DNA of 64,000 nt, taken from positions 32,001 through 96,000 of the IMG/VR virus record IMGVR_UViG_3300027770_000038; one strand, given 5' to 3'. Positions 37,410 to 47,578 of this stretch are shown here, piece by piece (position 1 is the stretch's first letter; each line of letters opens with the position of its first letter). Under the pieces are notes generated by a model. The model was not told the origin of the DNA, searched no databases, and was given only the letters and a program-made list of their open reading frames with translations. Source of the DNA: a virus (lineage: Duplodnaviria > Caudoviricetes). A program made the position numbers and the translations under genes.

Positions 37410-38582
37410 ATGCACCTTTTAGAACAATATTCTCTAGCTTCTGGAGTCAAGATTAAGAAGCCATATATTTACGAAAAGTTTTTCCCAGTAACTGCCGAAA
37501 AGTATATCACTTTCCATCCAAGCTCAAAGCCTTCAAAGACTTACGATTACTGGCAAGAAGTAATAAATATTATTTGTCCCATCTTAGATAGTAAAGGCAT
37601 TAAAATTATTCAACTTGGGCAGGATAAAGAAAAGGTCTATAGCGGCGTTGTAAGCTTAGTGGGATTTACTAATATAAATCAAACCGCTTTTATTTTAAGA
37701 GACTGTTTGCTGCACTTTGGTGCAGATAGTTTTCCTACTCATATCGCTTCTGGATACAATAAAAAAATTGTGGCTTTGTATTCTAATAATTACGTTAACT
37801 GCGTAAAGCCTTTCTTTGGAAACCCCAAGGATCACATTCTGCTTGAGCCTAAAAGAAATAGTAAACCAACTTTTTCTTTTGAAGAAAATCCCAAGACGAT
37901 TAACTCTATTAAACCAGAAACAATCGCAGGGAACATATTAAATCTTTTAGAGATCCCCCATTCGAATTCAATTCAAACTCTTTATTTCGGCACTGAATAT
38001 AATAACATGAGATTAGAGATGGTGCCTAATCAAATAGTAAATCCAACCCAATTTAATTCTAACAATATCGTAGTTAGAATGGATTTGCAACATGATGAAA
38101 AATTCTTAAACGAGCAATTACAAGTCTGTCAATGTTTCATTATGACAGATAAGCCGATTGATGCTAATCTAATTTTAAACAATCAAAAGAATATCGGACG
38201 AATCTTTTATGAAATTAAAGAAAATAGCAGCCTAGAGTTTGTTAATTTTCTTGCTCATAAAAATATTTCTTATCAACTATTTACTTATTTACAAGGAGAG
38301 AAGCTTGAACAAGCGAAGCTTAAGTATCTTGATCAAGAAATAATTGTAGAAATGCCAACTAATTTAAAACAAAAGACTGGAATTGAGTACACTTTAAATG
38401 CCTTCTACAAGTCGAACAAGAGAATAATTAGTAATGGCAAAATTTATTTAAGCGAATCTTCTCTCAAGAATGGCATGGAAGCGAAGCAGGTTGCCGAACC
38501 AGTCATTGACTGCCCAGAGTTTTGGAAAGAAGCAGAGAGTTTTTGGATTTTTAGAGTTGACAAGTCGCCGGTTGCCGCATAG
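37410..38582 (+). CDS. GT9 C-terminal lobe fused to an unknown domain
   Basis: KTYDYWQEV, IIQLG and GADSFPTHIASG...VALY. Confidence 0.65.
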   Translation: MHLLEQYSLASGVKIKKPYIYEKFFPVTAEKYITFHPSSKPSKTYDYWQEVINIICPILDSKGIKIIQLGQDKEKVYSGVVSLVGFTNINQTAFILRDCLLHFGADSFPTHIASGYNKKIVALYSNNYVNCVKPFFGNPKDHILLEPKRNSKPTFSFEENPKTINSIKPETIAGNILNLLEIPHSNSIQTLYFGTEYNNMRLEMVPNQIVNPTQFNSNNIVVRMDLQHDEKFLNEQLQVCQCFIMTDKPIDANLILNNQKNIGRIFYEIKENSSLEFVNFLAHKNISYQLFTYLQGEKLEQAKLKYLDQEIIVEMPTNLKQKTGIEYTLNAFYKSNKRIISNGKIYLSESSLKNGMEAKQVAEPVIDCPEFWKEAESFWIFRVDKSPVAA

Positions 38583-38585
38583 TAT
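38557..38585 (+). promoter_or_regulatory. sigma-70-type promoter, likely leaderless mRNA
   Basis: TTGACA-17-TAGTAT, ending 6 nt before GTG 38592. Confidence 0.75.
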
Positions 38586-38591
38586 ACCTAT

Positions 38592-39290
38592 GTGAATACC
38601 GTAAAGAAACTTGTTCGTTCCTCTGATGGTCTCATTGAAGGTGTAGAATACCACTTTAATGATGACGGCTCTATTAACTGGCGCAAAATGATCAAGCCAG
38701 AGTTCCTTGTCCCAAATAGGGATAAGACCAATGAAACTGATGTCACCAAACTAGAAGATAAAGATCTACTTATTCTTCTCGCTGGGATTAAATATGTAGC
38801 TCAACTTAGAGGATTCTTCTATGTTGATTACACCGTAACCTCTCCAAGTTCAGACTATGTAGTGGCGGTTTGTAAAATAGAGTGGATTGCAAACTATGAA
38901 ACACAAGGGAATTCGATAGCCTTCTCTTCTATTGGCGATGCTTCTCCCGGTAATACGAAAGACTTTGCTCGTCACTTCTTGGGTCCGATTGCTGAAAATA
39001 GAGCATTTATCCGCTGCGTTCGAAACTTCTTAAAGATCAATATTGTCGGTCAAGACGAAATTGGCAAGTCGAAGAATAACGTTGTCGATGACTCTGCTGA
39101 ATCTTCGGCTGTATTTGAGCCTCATGCCATTCTTGAAAAAGTAATGAAAGATAAAAGCGTTACTTTCGCAAAATTGAAAGAACGCCTTATAAAAGAAGGC
39201 TACGTTAACGCAGACTCGTTTATGTCAATAGCCGACATTCCAAAGATTAAAATCTTTGAAATGATTGAGAGAATTCAAAAAGCTAAGTGA
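38592..39290 (+). CDS. putative ssDNA-annealing (Rad52/Sak-like) protein
   Basis: GDAS...AENRAFIRCVRNFL resembles the annealase AxTRAxxRA helix; replication context. Confidence 0.45.
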   Translation: MNTVKKLVRSSDGLIEGVEYHFNDDGSINWRKMIKPEFLVPNRDKTNETDVTKLEDKDLLILLAGIKYVAQLRGFFYVDYTVTSPSSDYVVAVCKIEWIANYETQGNSIAFSSIGDASPGNTKDFARHFLGPIAENRAFIRCVRNFLKINIVGQDEIGKSKNNVVDDSAESSAVFEPHAILEKVMKDKSVTFAKLKERLIKEGYVNADSFMSIADIPKIKIFEMIERIQKAK

Positions 39291-42200
39291 TTAAGAAACT
39301 CCAATTCCGGGCGAGCTAGACCCTGCGCCAACAGATCCAGCAAACACCTTATTCGCTGAACCAACGCTTCCCAATCCTTTAAACAAGGAAGCTTCTGAAT
39401 TTATACTTTCAATTCTTAATTTTAGATATTTAGAATCAACTGGGTCTATTGGGTTTACATAATCTCCTGTGGGAGGAACTTTTGTAGAGAAATCGACTCT
39501 TAAGTTCCTTCCATTCTTGGAAGGCTTTACTGTAGTAATCAAGAACCTCTTTCCATTATATCCAGTAGGGTAAAGGACAGAAGTCTTAAATTGCAAATCC
39601 ATAGAACTAAAATCGGCATCATCCGTTGAATATATTTGATCGTATCTGACAGTGAAGCTACTTTCTCCAACGTAAGCGTTTCCAGTTAAAACGATGTCTG
39701 CTATTCTGGCGAAGTTATTTGGATTTTGTATATTTAAGAAGGGTTGATCAGTCGTCTCGTAAACTGCACCATAGTTAGCTAATCTCAAGTCTAATTTTTC
39801 ACCAACCACAAAACCATTATCTAATGGAAAAGTCGTTGAAACAGTATAATAGGCATAATACTTAGACCCATCTCCACTTTGAGTTGCAAAATTATCTCCA
39901 GAGAAAACAAGATTAGCTGGAGGATTCCTTAATATGAAACCTGATGAAGGATTTGGAACGATAGCATTATTACCTTGCCAGAAGTCTTGAGTAGGAGAAG
40001 TTGGATTAAATGTTATATTTACTCCCGTAACTTGACCTACATAAGGAGGCATAAACGAAACAATAGCATCTATAGTAGGAACTCCTGCTCCACCATTATT
40101 TAAACCGATGCTAATAGGAGAGAATGTATAACCAGCGCCTCCACTTACGATATTATAACCAGTAATGATGCCTCCCGGTTGATTGTAGAAATTTATTTTT
40201 GCTTGTTTTTTATTGAATTGAAATGTTGTTGCGAAGTCTTCTATTATTTGTCCATTGACTTTAGTAAAGAAGTTGACTCCTGTTAGGTATCTTATTCCTT
40301 GTCCATTAAAAGAAATTACAGAGCCATCCCAGCCACTTACTTGAGTGCTTCCATCTAATCTATAAGTTAGATTATTATTTAGATAAGCATCATTAACAGA
40401 TATAAAAGGAATGTAATTAAAGTTCCCAGTTACAAGGTACTCTTCTCCCAAGTAAGTTTGCAGATAGAACATTCCAGAAATTGGTCTTACATCTTCAGCG
40501 TCTTTACCGTGCATACCCCTTCCTACCATTGATGGAGGATAGAATTTTAATTGACCATAGTCTTTATATATCACGCTACTGCTCAACTCCCTAGCGTCAG
40601 TCACTACTGAGATCCCAGATTTAAAATTTGCAGCTAAATAAGGGAAGTTTGGAGTTATTGTCCCAGAAGCGCCTCTTGCAAGAGTTGTTACACCTTCAAA
40701 TCTAATTCCTGTCACATAATTAAGATTAGCTCCAGTTAACGTAATTAGTGATCTAAATGTCCCAGTTGTAATATTTAAAGTAGATGTCGAAATAGAAGGA
40801 GGTCTGATCGTTATTGTCTTATAAAGATTATCAGCATCAAAGCTATTTCTTTGGAAGAAAATTTGTCCACTTCCAATATAACCATCTAAAGTAATATAGC
40901 TATTAGAACTTACAGTAGTCCCTATTCCGATTATATCTGCACCACTTATTAATAGATCTAAATCTGGTATTTGAGAAGAAACGTCAGACACGATATTTAG
41001 ATTTCCAGACAATATAGAGTACCCAGTATAAGGTTGAGCTAGACCAGAAAGAGTTGATATGTCAATAACTTGCATAGCTTGAGAAGCTAAATACTGACCC
41101 GTTTTGTTAGTAAGTAAATTAAATCCACTAATATATAAATCTCTAGTTTGAAATCTATGAGCATTTATTCCAGTAAGCACAATTGGATCTGTAGTCCTAT
41201 AAACGTTAGTATTTGATCCAGATATCGTAGTGCTTGGATTAAATGATGGAGAGAAGCCTTTAATTTCTACAGTAGTTCCAGAATTAAAAAACCTAAAAGA
41301 ACCTTTCTTTACATCTCTTGGAACAGTGACAAATGCGCCAGTTGCAGTAGGAGCGACGACATGGGGATACTTTATTATTTCATTATTAAATCCAACACCA
41401 TAAAAATCAAGAGCATTTAAATTACTTCCAGACAAGCTAATAGAATCTCCAAAATACGCAGAGTTTGGAGTTATTTTTAAAATTATTGGATTAACAAAAG
41501 TTAAAGAATCGGTAGTGGTGACTCTTGAACTACCGTTTACAACTATTGGGCCATCCGAGACGTCATATACTTGAGGAATAAAAAAGCTTAATCCGCTTAT
41601 ATTTTGCCTTCTGAAAGCTGTTATTACTTTATATGCACCATCTTGTCTCCCTAGTTCAATAGAAGTAACGGTATTTAAAAATTTTCCAGAAAGAGTAATC
41701 AGAGTATTAGCAGCACCCGTTAATGGAGAAAACCCGTCTACAACTAAAGTCCCGCTCTTGATCGGCAAGCCACTTGCATATGTATAATTATAGTAATTTG
41801 AATTAATTGTTAAACTATTTCCGTTTTCTGCAAAATTAGGAACTGTGAAAACTATCTTTTGATCAAACTCGGAACCATTTTGAGAAATTGTATAATTATT
41901 AACGTTATAACCTCCAATATTAATTGAACTAACATAATAAATATCACTTCCATATCCAGTAGCTGGCTGACCTTGTTCTAATAAAGATGGATATATTCCT
42001 GTTATCGTTGGGGTCTTTAAGAATGTAAATATCTTATCAAAGCCTCCAGTAATTCTTGAATTAGAGTTGTCTAATACTAAATTAGATTTTCTAAGAGATG
42101 TTAAGTTTGGAGTATTAAGACTTAGGTATCCAAAACTTCTTACATTATCATCAATCAGCCCAGCATTAGCATGAACTAATACTTCTGTAGTTGAATTATT

Positions 42201-44801
42201 TCTAGCTCTTCTAATTGGCGCAAAATTAGAATACTGATAAGGATTTTCTCTAACTACCCTCACTTCATCTATGTAACCACTCCAATAGTTAGCAGGAGTA
42301 TTCGCATAATCTCTTCCTATGTAAACATCAAAAGTTGGACTAGTTAAACTCTTATCACTATTTAAACTAAAATCTAAATTAGAAGTTGCAAAATCTAAAG
42401 AATAATCGCTTCCGCTTAAACTTATAAGCGCACCATTTAATAAAATTTTTCCGCTGATCGTACTTTGATTTATATAGCTCTTTGAAATAGACAAGTGATT
42501 CCAATCTGAAACATTTATTTGTCCAGAAAAATTAGAGTTAAAGCCATTCCAATCTATTCCCGAAATTACTACCTTATTAGAAGTAACGAAAACATTTAAA
42601 CCGCTTTGACTTCCTATTAAAAATTTTCTATCGGACGCAGAGAAAGAAGTTAATGGCTTAAAGTCTAATTCAACAGTAAAACTATTTCCATAACTTAAAG
42701 GAACGTTTGGAGACTGCCCTGTAATTGAAAATTTAATATAAGGACCGGGGCTTCCAGAAAACAAGAAACTCCTGTCATCAAATTTAGAAGTATTGTTGCT
42801 TATGGCTACAGAATTAGAAATCGTTAAATCTTTCTGAGGCCTAAATGTCGATTGATAAGAATAACTATTTGCATTTTCAGTAGCTTCGACGATTGAATTA
42901 GCATCGCCAGTATCCTGAAATAAGAACTGAGATTCTGGGTAGATGTTATGTCCAAGAACTTCAATAAATCCTCCTATGTAATTTTCAAAGGTTGATATGT
43001 TTTTGATTACTGGAGAGCTTTTAATGACTTCAAAATTCTTAAACAAGAAATCTCTTCCGCCCGTGTTTCTTATTGTGATATCATAGCATCCTGCGTCTGC
43101 ATTTGTACCAGTAAAAGTTAAGCTAGTATTGCTAGAATTTTTAACGAAAGCAGTTATTGGAAAAGTCTTATTATATAATCCATAATTATAATCTTCTACA
43201 TATCCAGAGATATCTTTTATATTAGATATTTGAGTCCTGTCTGCTCTGTAATCGTAGTCAGAATAGTTTCCTTGAAGGAGTAGTTTTGTATTTGGAACAT
43301 CAAATAATCCAGAACCAGTAACTAATTGATTAATACTGCTATATAAACCTGCATCTTTAACAATTCTAAAATCTTCTATATATCCAGAAAATGAATTAAT
43401 TCCAGAAGCTGCATAAAACGCTGGATTATTAGCTCCTATAAACAATCCGCTACCTGCTGTAACTGTATAAGGAACTCCTGCTGATGCTGCTCCAAAAACC
43501 TGTCTAGATGCCCCGCTAATAGCATAAAAGGTATATCCATTGGGAGTAGTTTTAGAAATTAATACTTTTGTCCATTGATTGGCAGGTATTAAAGAAGTCG
43601 CTATATTAAATTTTGCACTATTGCCTGCATAGAAAGTCCAATCAGTACTGGCAGCAGGCTTAGAAAAATAAAACCCATTTCCATCCCAACCTCGGTCTTG
43701 GAACAGATCAATTCTTTGAGCGGTTGTATACGGTAATGGATTAATTGAAAATTCAATAGTAAACATGCCTGATCCAAAATTAAAATCTCCACCAGAAGGA
43801 GAAGGTATCTGCAAGTAAGAGTTTCCGCTAAACAATAAAGACCTTCCAAATATACCAACGTTAGAACTCCTTACTCCGCTATTTAATATATTTTTTGGTT
43901 CTCTGTAATTTAATCCACTAAGAATAATTCCTGTTGCATAATCGAAGTTCTTACCAATGGCTATGTTTGATTGTCCAGAATTTAAATAAAAGTTTAAACC
44001 ATTAAATACTTGAGGAGTTTTTAAAACAGTGATTTGACTTCTAGAAGTAAAAGTCGTGTTGTCTTTTGAGTTAATTGTTAAAAATCCTTGGTTTGCGTTT
44101 TGGGGGATAATTCCAGAAATCATATCTCCGACACCAGTAAACCTTGCGGTAACAAAACCAGTAGCTTGACTATCTGCATAAGTAGTAAAATTTACAGGAA
44201 AGTATCCTTGGCTTACATAAGACAGATTAAAATTCTTACCAGAAATTCTTAATAAGTCCCCTTCATAAGGAAGATTGTCGCTAAATCCACTTATGAAAAT
44301 TCTACCATAAAAGTTAAAATCACTAACCGCAGGTACAATTCCTGTGTTGTTATATCCACTAACTCTAATTGGACCAGTTGTATAACCGCTAGGCACCTTA
44401 ACCAATAAGACACCGCTGTCTGGTTGATAAGATATGTTCGTACCAGTTATATTATTAAATGACACATATTGAATACCGCTCAATGATTTGCCACTAATTG
44501 AAACAAATTCTCCAACCTCTTGGGTTTGAGGAATTACTGCGTCCAATCTTGGGATTGGGAAAAATGGCACTCCGCTGACATACATTGGAGATGAAATCGT
44601 ATCTCCTGTAATAAAATGAAACCTAGCCTCTCCAAAGACTACATTCTCTGGAATATTAAACTCTATGTATTCTGGATCAGCTTCGTAATATGAGAAGTCT
44701 ACGAATCCAGCACCGGGAAGTTGCAAGCCACTAACGGCATAAAGACCTGCGCCCGTAACGCGCATTCTTTGATTTATCGAACCTGTATTGTAACTTGGCA
44801 T
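39291..44801 (-). CDS. large virion protein with IPT/TIG repeats and two LamG-like domains
   Basis: Repeated P...G..I.I.G.N Ig-like units; FTIEF...SGYIEDFRIVK and FTVE...SGYIDEVRVVR LamG signatures; strongly S/T-G rich. Confidence 0.7.
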   Translation of the reverse strand: MPSYNTGSINQRMRVTGAGLYAVSGLQLPGAGFVDFSYYEADPEYIEFNIPENVVFGEARFHFITGDTISSPMYVSGVPFFPIPRLDAVIPQTQEVGEFVSISGKSLSGIQYVSFNNITGTNISYQPDSGVLLVKVPSGYTTGPIRVSGYNNTGIVPAVSDFNFYGRIFISGFSDNLPYEGDLLRISGKNFNLSYVSQGYFPVNFTTYADSQATGFVTARFTGVGDMISGIIPQNANQGFLTINSKDNTTFTSRSQITVLKTPQVFNGLNFYLNSGQSNIAIGKNFDYATGIILSGLNYREPKNILNSGVRSSNVGIFGRSLLFSGNSYLQIPSPSGGDFNFGSGMFTIEFSINPLPYTTAQRIDLFQDRGWDGNGFYFSKPAASTDWTFYAGNSAKFNIATSLIPANQWTKVLISKTTPNGYTFYAISGASRQVFGAASAGVPYTVTAGSGLFIGANNPAFYAASGINSFSGYIEDFRIVKDAGLYSSINQLVTGSGLFDVPNTKLLLQGNYSDYDYRADRTQISNIKDISGYVEDYNYGLYNKTFPITAFVKNSSNTSLTFTGTNADAGCYDITIRNTGGRDFLFKNFEVIKSSPVIKNISTFENYIGGFIEVLGHNIYPESQFLFQDTGDANSIVEATENANSYSYQSTFRPQKDLTISNSVAISNNTSKFDDRSFLFSGSPGPYIKFSITGQSPNVPLSYGNSFTVELDFKPLTSFSASDRKFLIGSQSGLNVFVTSNKVVISGIDWNGFNSNFSGQINVSDWNHLSISKSYINQSTISGKILLNGALISLSGSDYSLDFATSNLDFSLNSDKSLTSPTFDVYIGRDYANTPANYWSGYIDEVRVVRENPYQYSNFAPIRRARNNSTTEVLVHANAGLIDDNVRSFGYLSLNTPNLTSLRKSNLVLDNSNSRITGGFDKIFTFLKTPTITGIYPSLLEQGQPATGYGSDIYYVSSINIGGYNVNNYTISQNGSEFDQKIVFTVPNFAENGNSLTINSNYYNYTYASGLPIKSGTLVVDGFSPLTGAANTLITLSGKFLNTVTSIELGRQDGAYKVITAFRRQNISGLSFFIPQVYDVSDGPIVVNGSSRVTTTDSLTFVNPIILKITPNSAYFGDSISLSGSNLNALDFYGVGFNNEIIKYPHVVAPTATGAFVTVPRDVKKGSFRFFNSGTTVEIKGFSPSFNPSTTISGSNTNVYRTTDPIVLTGINAHRFQTRDLYISGFNLLTNKTGQYLASQAMQVIDISTLSGLAQPYTGYSILSGNLNIVSDVSSQIPDLDLLISGADIIGIGTTVSSNSYITLDGYIGSGQIFFQRNSFDADNLYKTITIRPPSISTSTLNITTGTFRSLITLTGANLNYVTGIRFEGVTTLARGASGTITPNFPYLAANFKSGISVVTDARELSSSVIYKDYGQLKFYPPSMVGRGMHGKDAEDVRPISGMFYLQTYLGEEYLVTGNFNYIPFISVNDAYLNNNLTYRLDGSTQVSGWDGSVISFNGQGIRYLTGVNFFTKVNGQIIEDFATTFQFNKKQAKINFYNQPGGIITGYNIVSGGAGYTFSPISIGLNNGGAGVPTIDAIVSFMPPYVGQVTGVNITFNPTSPTQDFWQGNNAIVPNPSSGFILRNPPANLVFSGDNFATQSGDGSKYYAYYTVSTTFPLDNGFVVGEKLDLRLANYGAVYETTDQPFLNIQNPNNFARIADIVLTGNAYVGESSFTVRYDQIYSTDDADFSSMDLQFKTSVLYPTGYNGKRFLITTVKPSKNGRNLRVDFSTKVPPTGDYVNPIDPVDSKYLKLRIESINSEASLFKGLGSVGSANKVFAGSVGAGSSSPGIGVS

Positions 44802-44802
44802 A

Positions 44803-45882
44803 TTATAGTCCTTCGAAATTTATAGATAGTCTTATGTCGTTTTTATTTACGCTTGTTTTAAAATTAAATATTGAAGAAGAGTTAGTTTCTTCTGTTTCAA
44901 TATATATAGGGGCAGCGCCTTTTAATTGAGCAGGAGCGACAGCGGTTAGAGAAGAAGTAGAAGCGACACTAAAAGAAGAAGCTTCTGTATTACCAAAAAG
45001 AATCTTTTTAACATTTATGAAGTTACTTCCATTTATAGTAACAGTTCCTCCCGGCAAAATTACTCTTGGAGTAAAGTCTGAAATAAGTGGTTTAAAATGA
45101 GAGAAATCTTGTCTTAAAGAAAACTCAGATCTGATGTATCCTTGTGCCTCAACTGAAGATTTTTTTGAAGATACTATTCCCGCAAAAGACAATGTGTCTA
45201 ATGGTTGAGACCCAGTTTGCAAAGATACATAAAAAGAGCAAGGAACGCCTGAATAAGGCAAAGAATAATTAAAATTATCTATTTCAAAACTAAGGCTCTG
45301 AGATCTTTTTCCTAAATAAGCTCTTCCGCTTTGATCAAAAGCCGAAGATTCTTCTTTGTTGTATTTTTGAACCTCTCTCTGGTATTGATAACTAAAATTA
45401 GTAAAATTATAACCATTTGAATCAAAAGGCGTTCCATCTAAGTTACCTGATAAATAAAAACTTGAGAAATTTAATGGAGTGAATTCTGGTCTGTTAGCAG
45501 GAGTAGTAGCAGAGAAAGCCCCTTTCAAAGGCTCGAAAACTTTGATTTCTACATCAACTTTAGCCAGAGCATCAGGAGAACCTTTTATAGAATAGTTTGT
45601 AATATAACCATTTTGGAAAGATAAACCGCAAAAGTTTCCAGAAATACCCTGCTCTGAATTAGCTCCTAATAGATATTCTTTTACAAAGTCTTTACCTGTT
45701 AAGTAATAAGAAACTGAGAAGGTCGTATCTACTGTGTCTTCAGCGGCATAAGAATAAGAATTCTTTTTAAACTCTTCATTATAAACAGGAGTGTTTGATG
45801 AATCAAGGGACATGTTTACATTAGAGGCGAGAACATCAACGCCACTTAAGCTAAACGTACAATTTTTATAATTAAAAAACAT
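44803..45882 (-). CDS. tail tube/hub-like protein with C-terminal IPT/TIG domain
   Basis: Beta-rich, similar to the next two genes; ISDFTP...GGTVTINGSNF Ig-like domain. Confidence 0.5.
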   Translation of the reverse strand: MFFNYKNCTFSLSGVDVLASNVNMSLDSSNTPVYNEEFKKNSYSYAAEDTVDTTFSVSYYLTGKDFVKEYLLGANSEQGISGNFCGLSFQNGYITNYSIKGSPDALAKVDVEIKVFEPLKGAFSATTPANRPEFTPLNFSSFYLSGNLDGTPFDSNGYNFTNFSYQYQREVQKYNKEESSAFDQSGRAYLGKRSQSLSFEIDNFNYSLPYSGVPCSFYVSLQTGSQPLDTLSFAGIVSSKKSSVEAQGYIRSEFSLRQDFSHFKPLISDFTPRVILPGGTVTINGSNFINVKKILFGNTEASSFSVASTSSLTAVAPAQLKGAAPIYIETEETNSSSIFNFKTSVNKNDIRLSINFEGL

Positions 45883-46692
45883 TTAAAAACTCCTTTTTAA
45901 TGATATCTTACTTTCTGCATATTCATCAACATTAATTGTTATGCTAGATGAATCTATTTTACTTCCAGACGTATCTATAATAAAAATAGAATTACCTCCG
46001 AAAGTACGAATATTAACTTTTGCATTTTCTGCTGTAGCGACAACAGAATTAGAAAAATTAGAATTAAAGTCCTCAATTGTGAAATTAAAATCTTCTTGCC
46101 CTGCCGAAAGGTCTATCTGTCTAGGCCTTCTTTGACCCACGGAATAGATTGGATTCCAATTTATGGAAAGAGAATAATCAAGACCAAGCACATTATAAGC
46201 TGTATTTGACACAGTGCCAGACACTCTAACATTCCAAGAATGCGCCAATCCAGATCCACTGCTAAATACATTAGAAGTTGCCTTGCCAAGCAAAGATCCC
46301 GAAATATCAGAGTAATTAGAGAAAGAAGCCGTAGCTTGAATTTTTGAATTTGGTACGATATTTAAAGAAAATCTAGAAGGATAGAACATCCCGCTAACAC
46401 CAGCAATTTTCAAAACTATAGGAATTCTAGACTCTGGAAAGCTATTAATAAAAACTCCTGTTTTTAGGTAATCGAAACACTTAAAAATAGGATCAGCAGA
46501 AAACAAAAAATAAGAGAAATCAACAGTTGTTTCATCTGCCTTAGTTTTGATCATTTGAGAAGCGTTCTTCCTTCCAAATGTATAAGTAGAATCTATACTT
46601 CTATTTACATTAACAGAAGCATTCTGAGCTTGGATTAGCCCTGATCCAAAAATCGAATTGACGAATACGTCACACTCATTAAAATATTTCAT
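45883..46692 (-). CDS. tail tube/hub-like structural protein
   Basis: Beta-rich paralogue-like ORF with an AAGGAAAAAGG leader. Confidence 0.45.
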   Translation of the reverse strand: MKYFNECDVFVNSIFGSGLIQAQNASVNVNRSIDSTYTFGRKNASQMIKTKADETTVDFSYFLFSADPIFKCFDYLKTGVFINSFPESRIPIVLKIAGVSGMFYPSRFSLNIVPNSKIQATASFSNYSDISGSLLGKATSNVFSSGSGLAHSWNVRVSGTVSNTAYNVLGLDYSLSINWNPIYSVGQRRPRQIDLSAGQEDFNFTIEDFNSNFSNSVVATAENAKVNIRTFGGNSIFIIDTSGSKIDSSSITINVDEYAESKISLKRSF

Positions 46693-46702
46693 CCCTTTTT
46701 CC

Positions 46703-47521
46703 TTATTTAAAAAACCCCTTGTACTTTACCACAACCTCTACAGCAGAATTTACACTAGCAGAGAAGTCTTCGGAAACATCAATAAAATAAGATAACGCAT
46801 TAGCAAAGTTAAAATTAACAGCATTTCCATTAAAATCTTTAGTATTTATATAAAAATTATTTGCACTTTTCAAATCAAAACTCAAAGTAGATAATTTCTG
46901 AAGAGTATAGCTGTCTTGCGAAATAGTGAAATCACACTCTACTCCTATTGGGTAGTCAGTTGTAACAGAAAAGGGTGTTTGACTGCCTATATAGTATACT
47001 GGATATCTTGGAGTATTTATTGTTAGATTAAAAGAGGATACTCTGTTTGTGGCAAAATCTGATATGCCTATATCAATAGTATTAGAATTCACTAAAGAAA
47101 CAGCACTTGAAGAATTAAAAGAGCCCGAAGAAGGGATAGTGCCAGCATCATTAAATATATCAAATGAAGCCCTGACCATAGGCACTTCATCTATTTGAGC
47201 AGAGCATGAATAAGAATTTAAATAACACCCTTGGAACCCAAATAATATATTGGAACTAGGATTTGCTTTTTTAGTTATGAACCCATAGTTAGCGACATCA
47301 CCAGTTAGTGCAAGAAAGTCATTACTTGTTGTTAATAAACTGTTTACAGATAGACTTCCTATTCTGGCTCCTTGAGGCGTATGGGTACTGCTGCTCATAC
47401 CAATGAACTTGTTATGGTCAACTGGTATTTTGTAAGAGCATTGAATATCCTGAACCCCATGAATCTGTTTCTGATTCAAGTAGAAATCTAAATTTTTCTT
47501 ATTTATTCTTGAGAATGCCAT
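46703..47521 (-). CDS. tail tube/hub-like structural protein
   Basis: Beta-rich (IHGVQDI, R.PVY.IG); first gene after the divergent promoter. Confidence 0.45.
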   Translation of the reverse strand: MAFSRINKKNLDFYLNQKQIHGVQDIQCSYKIPVDHNKFIGMSSSTHTPQGARIGSLSVNSLLTTSNDFLALTGDVANYGFITKKANPSSNILFGFQGCYLNSYSCSAQIDEVPMVRASFDIFNDAGTIPSSGSFNSSSAVSLVNSNTIDIGISDFATNRVSSFNLTINTPRYPVYYIGSQTPFSVTTDYPIGVECDFTISQDSYTLQKLSTLSFDLKSANNFYINTKDFNGNAVNFNFANALSYFIDVSEDFSASVNSAVEVVVKYKGFFK

Positions 47522-47534
47522 CTTATTTTATTAT

Positions 47535-47552
47535 TTACACAAAAAAGTGTAA
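47535..47552. promoter_or_regulatory. back-to-back putative phage late promoters
   Basis: TTACAC-AAAAAA-GTGTAA, with one GTGTAA facing each of the two divergent tail operons. Confidence 0.65.
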
Positions 47553-47578
47553 TAATAAGTTGGTAAAAGGTAAAAGGT

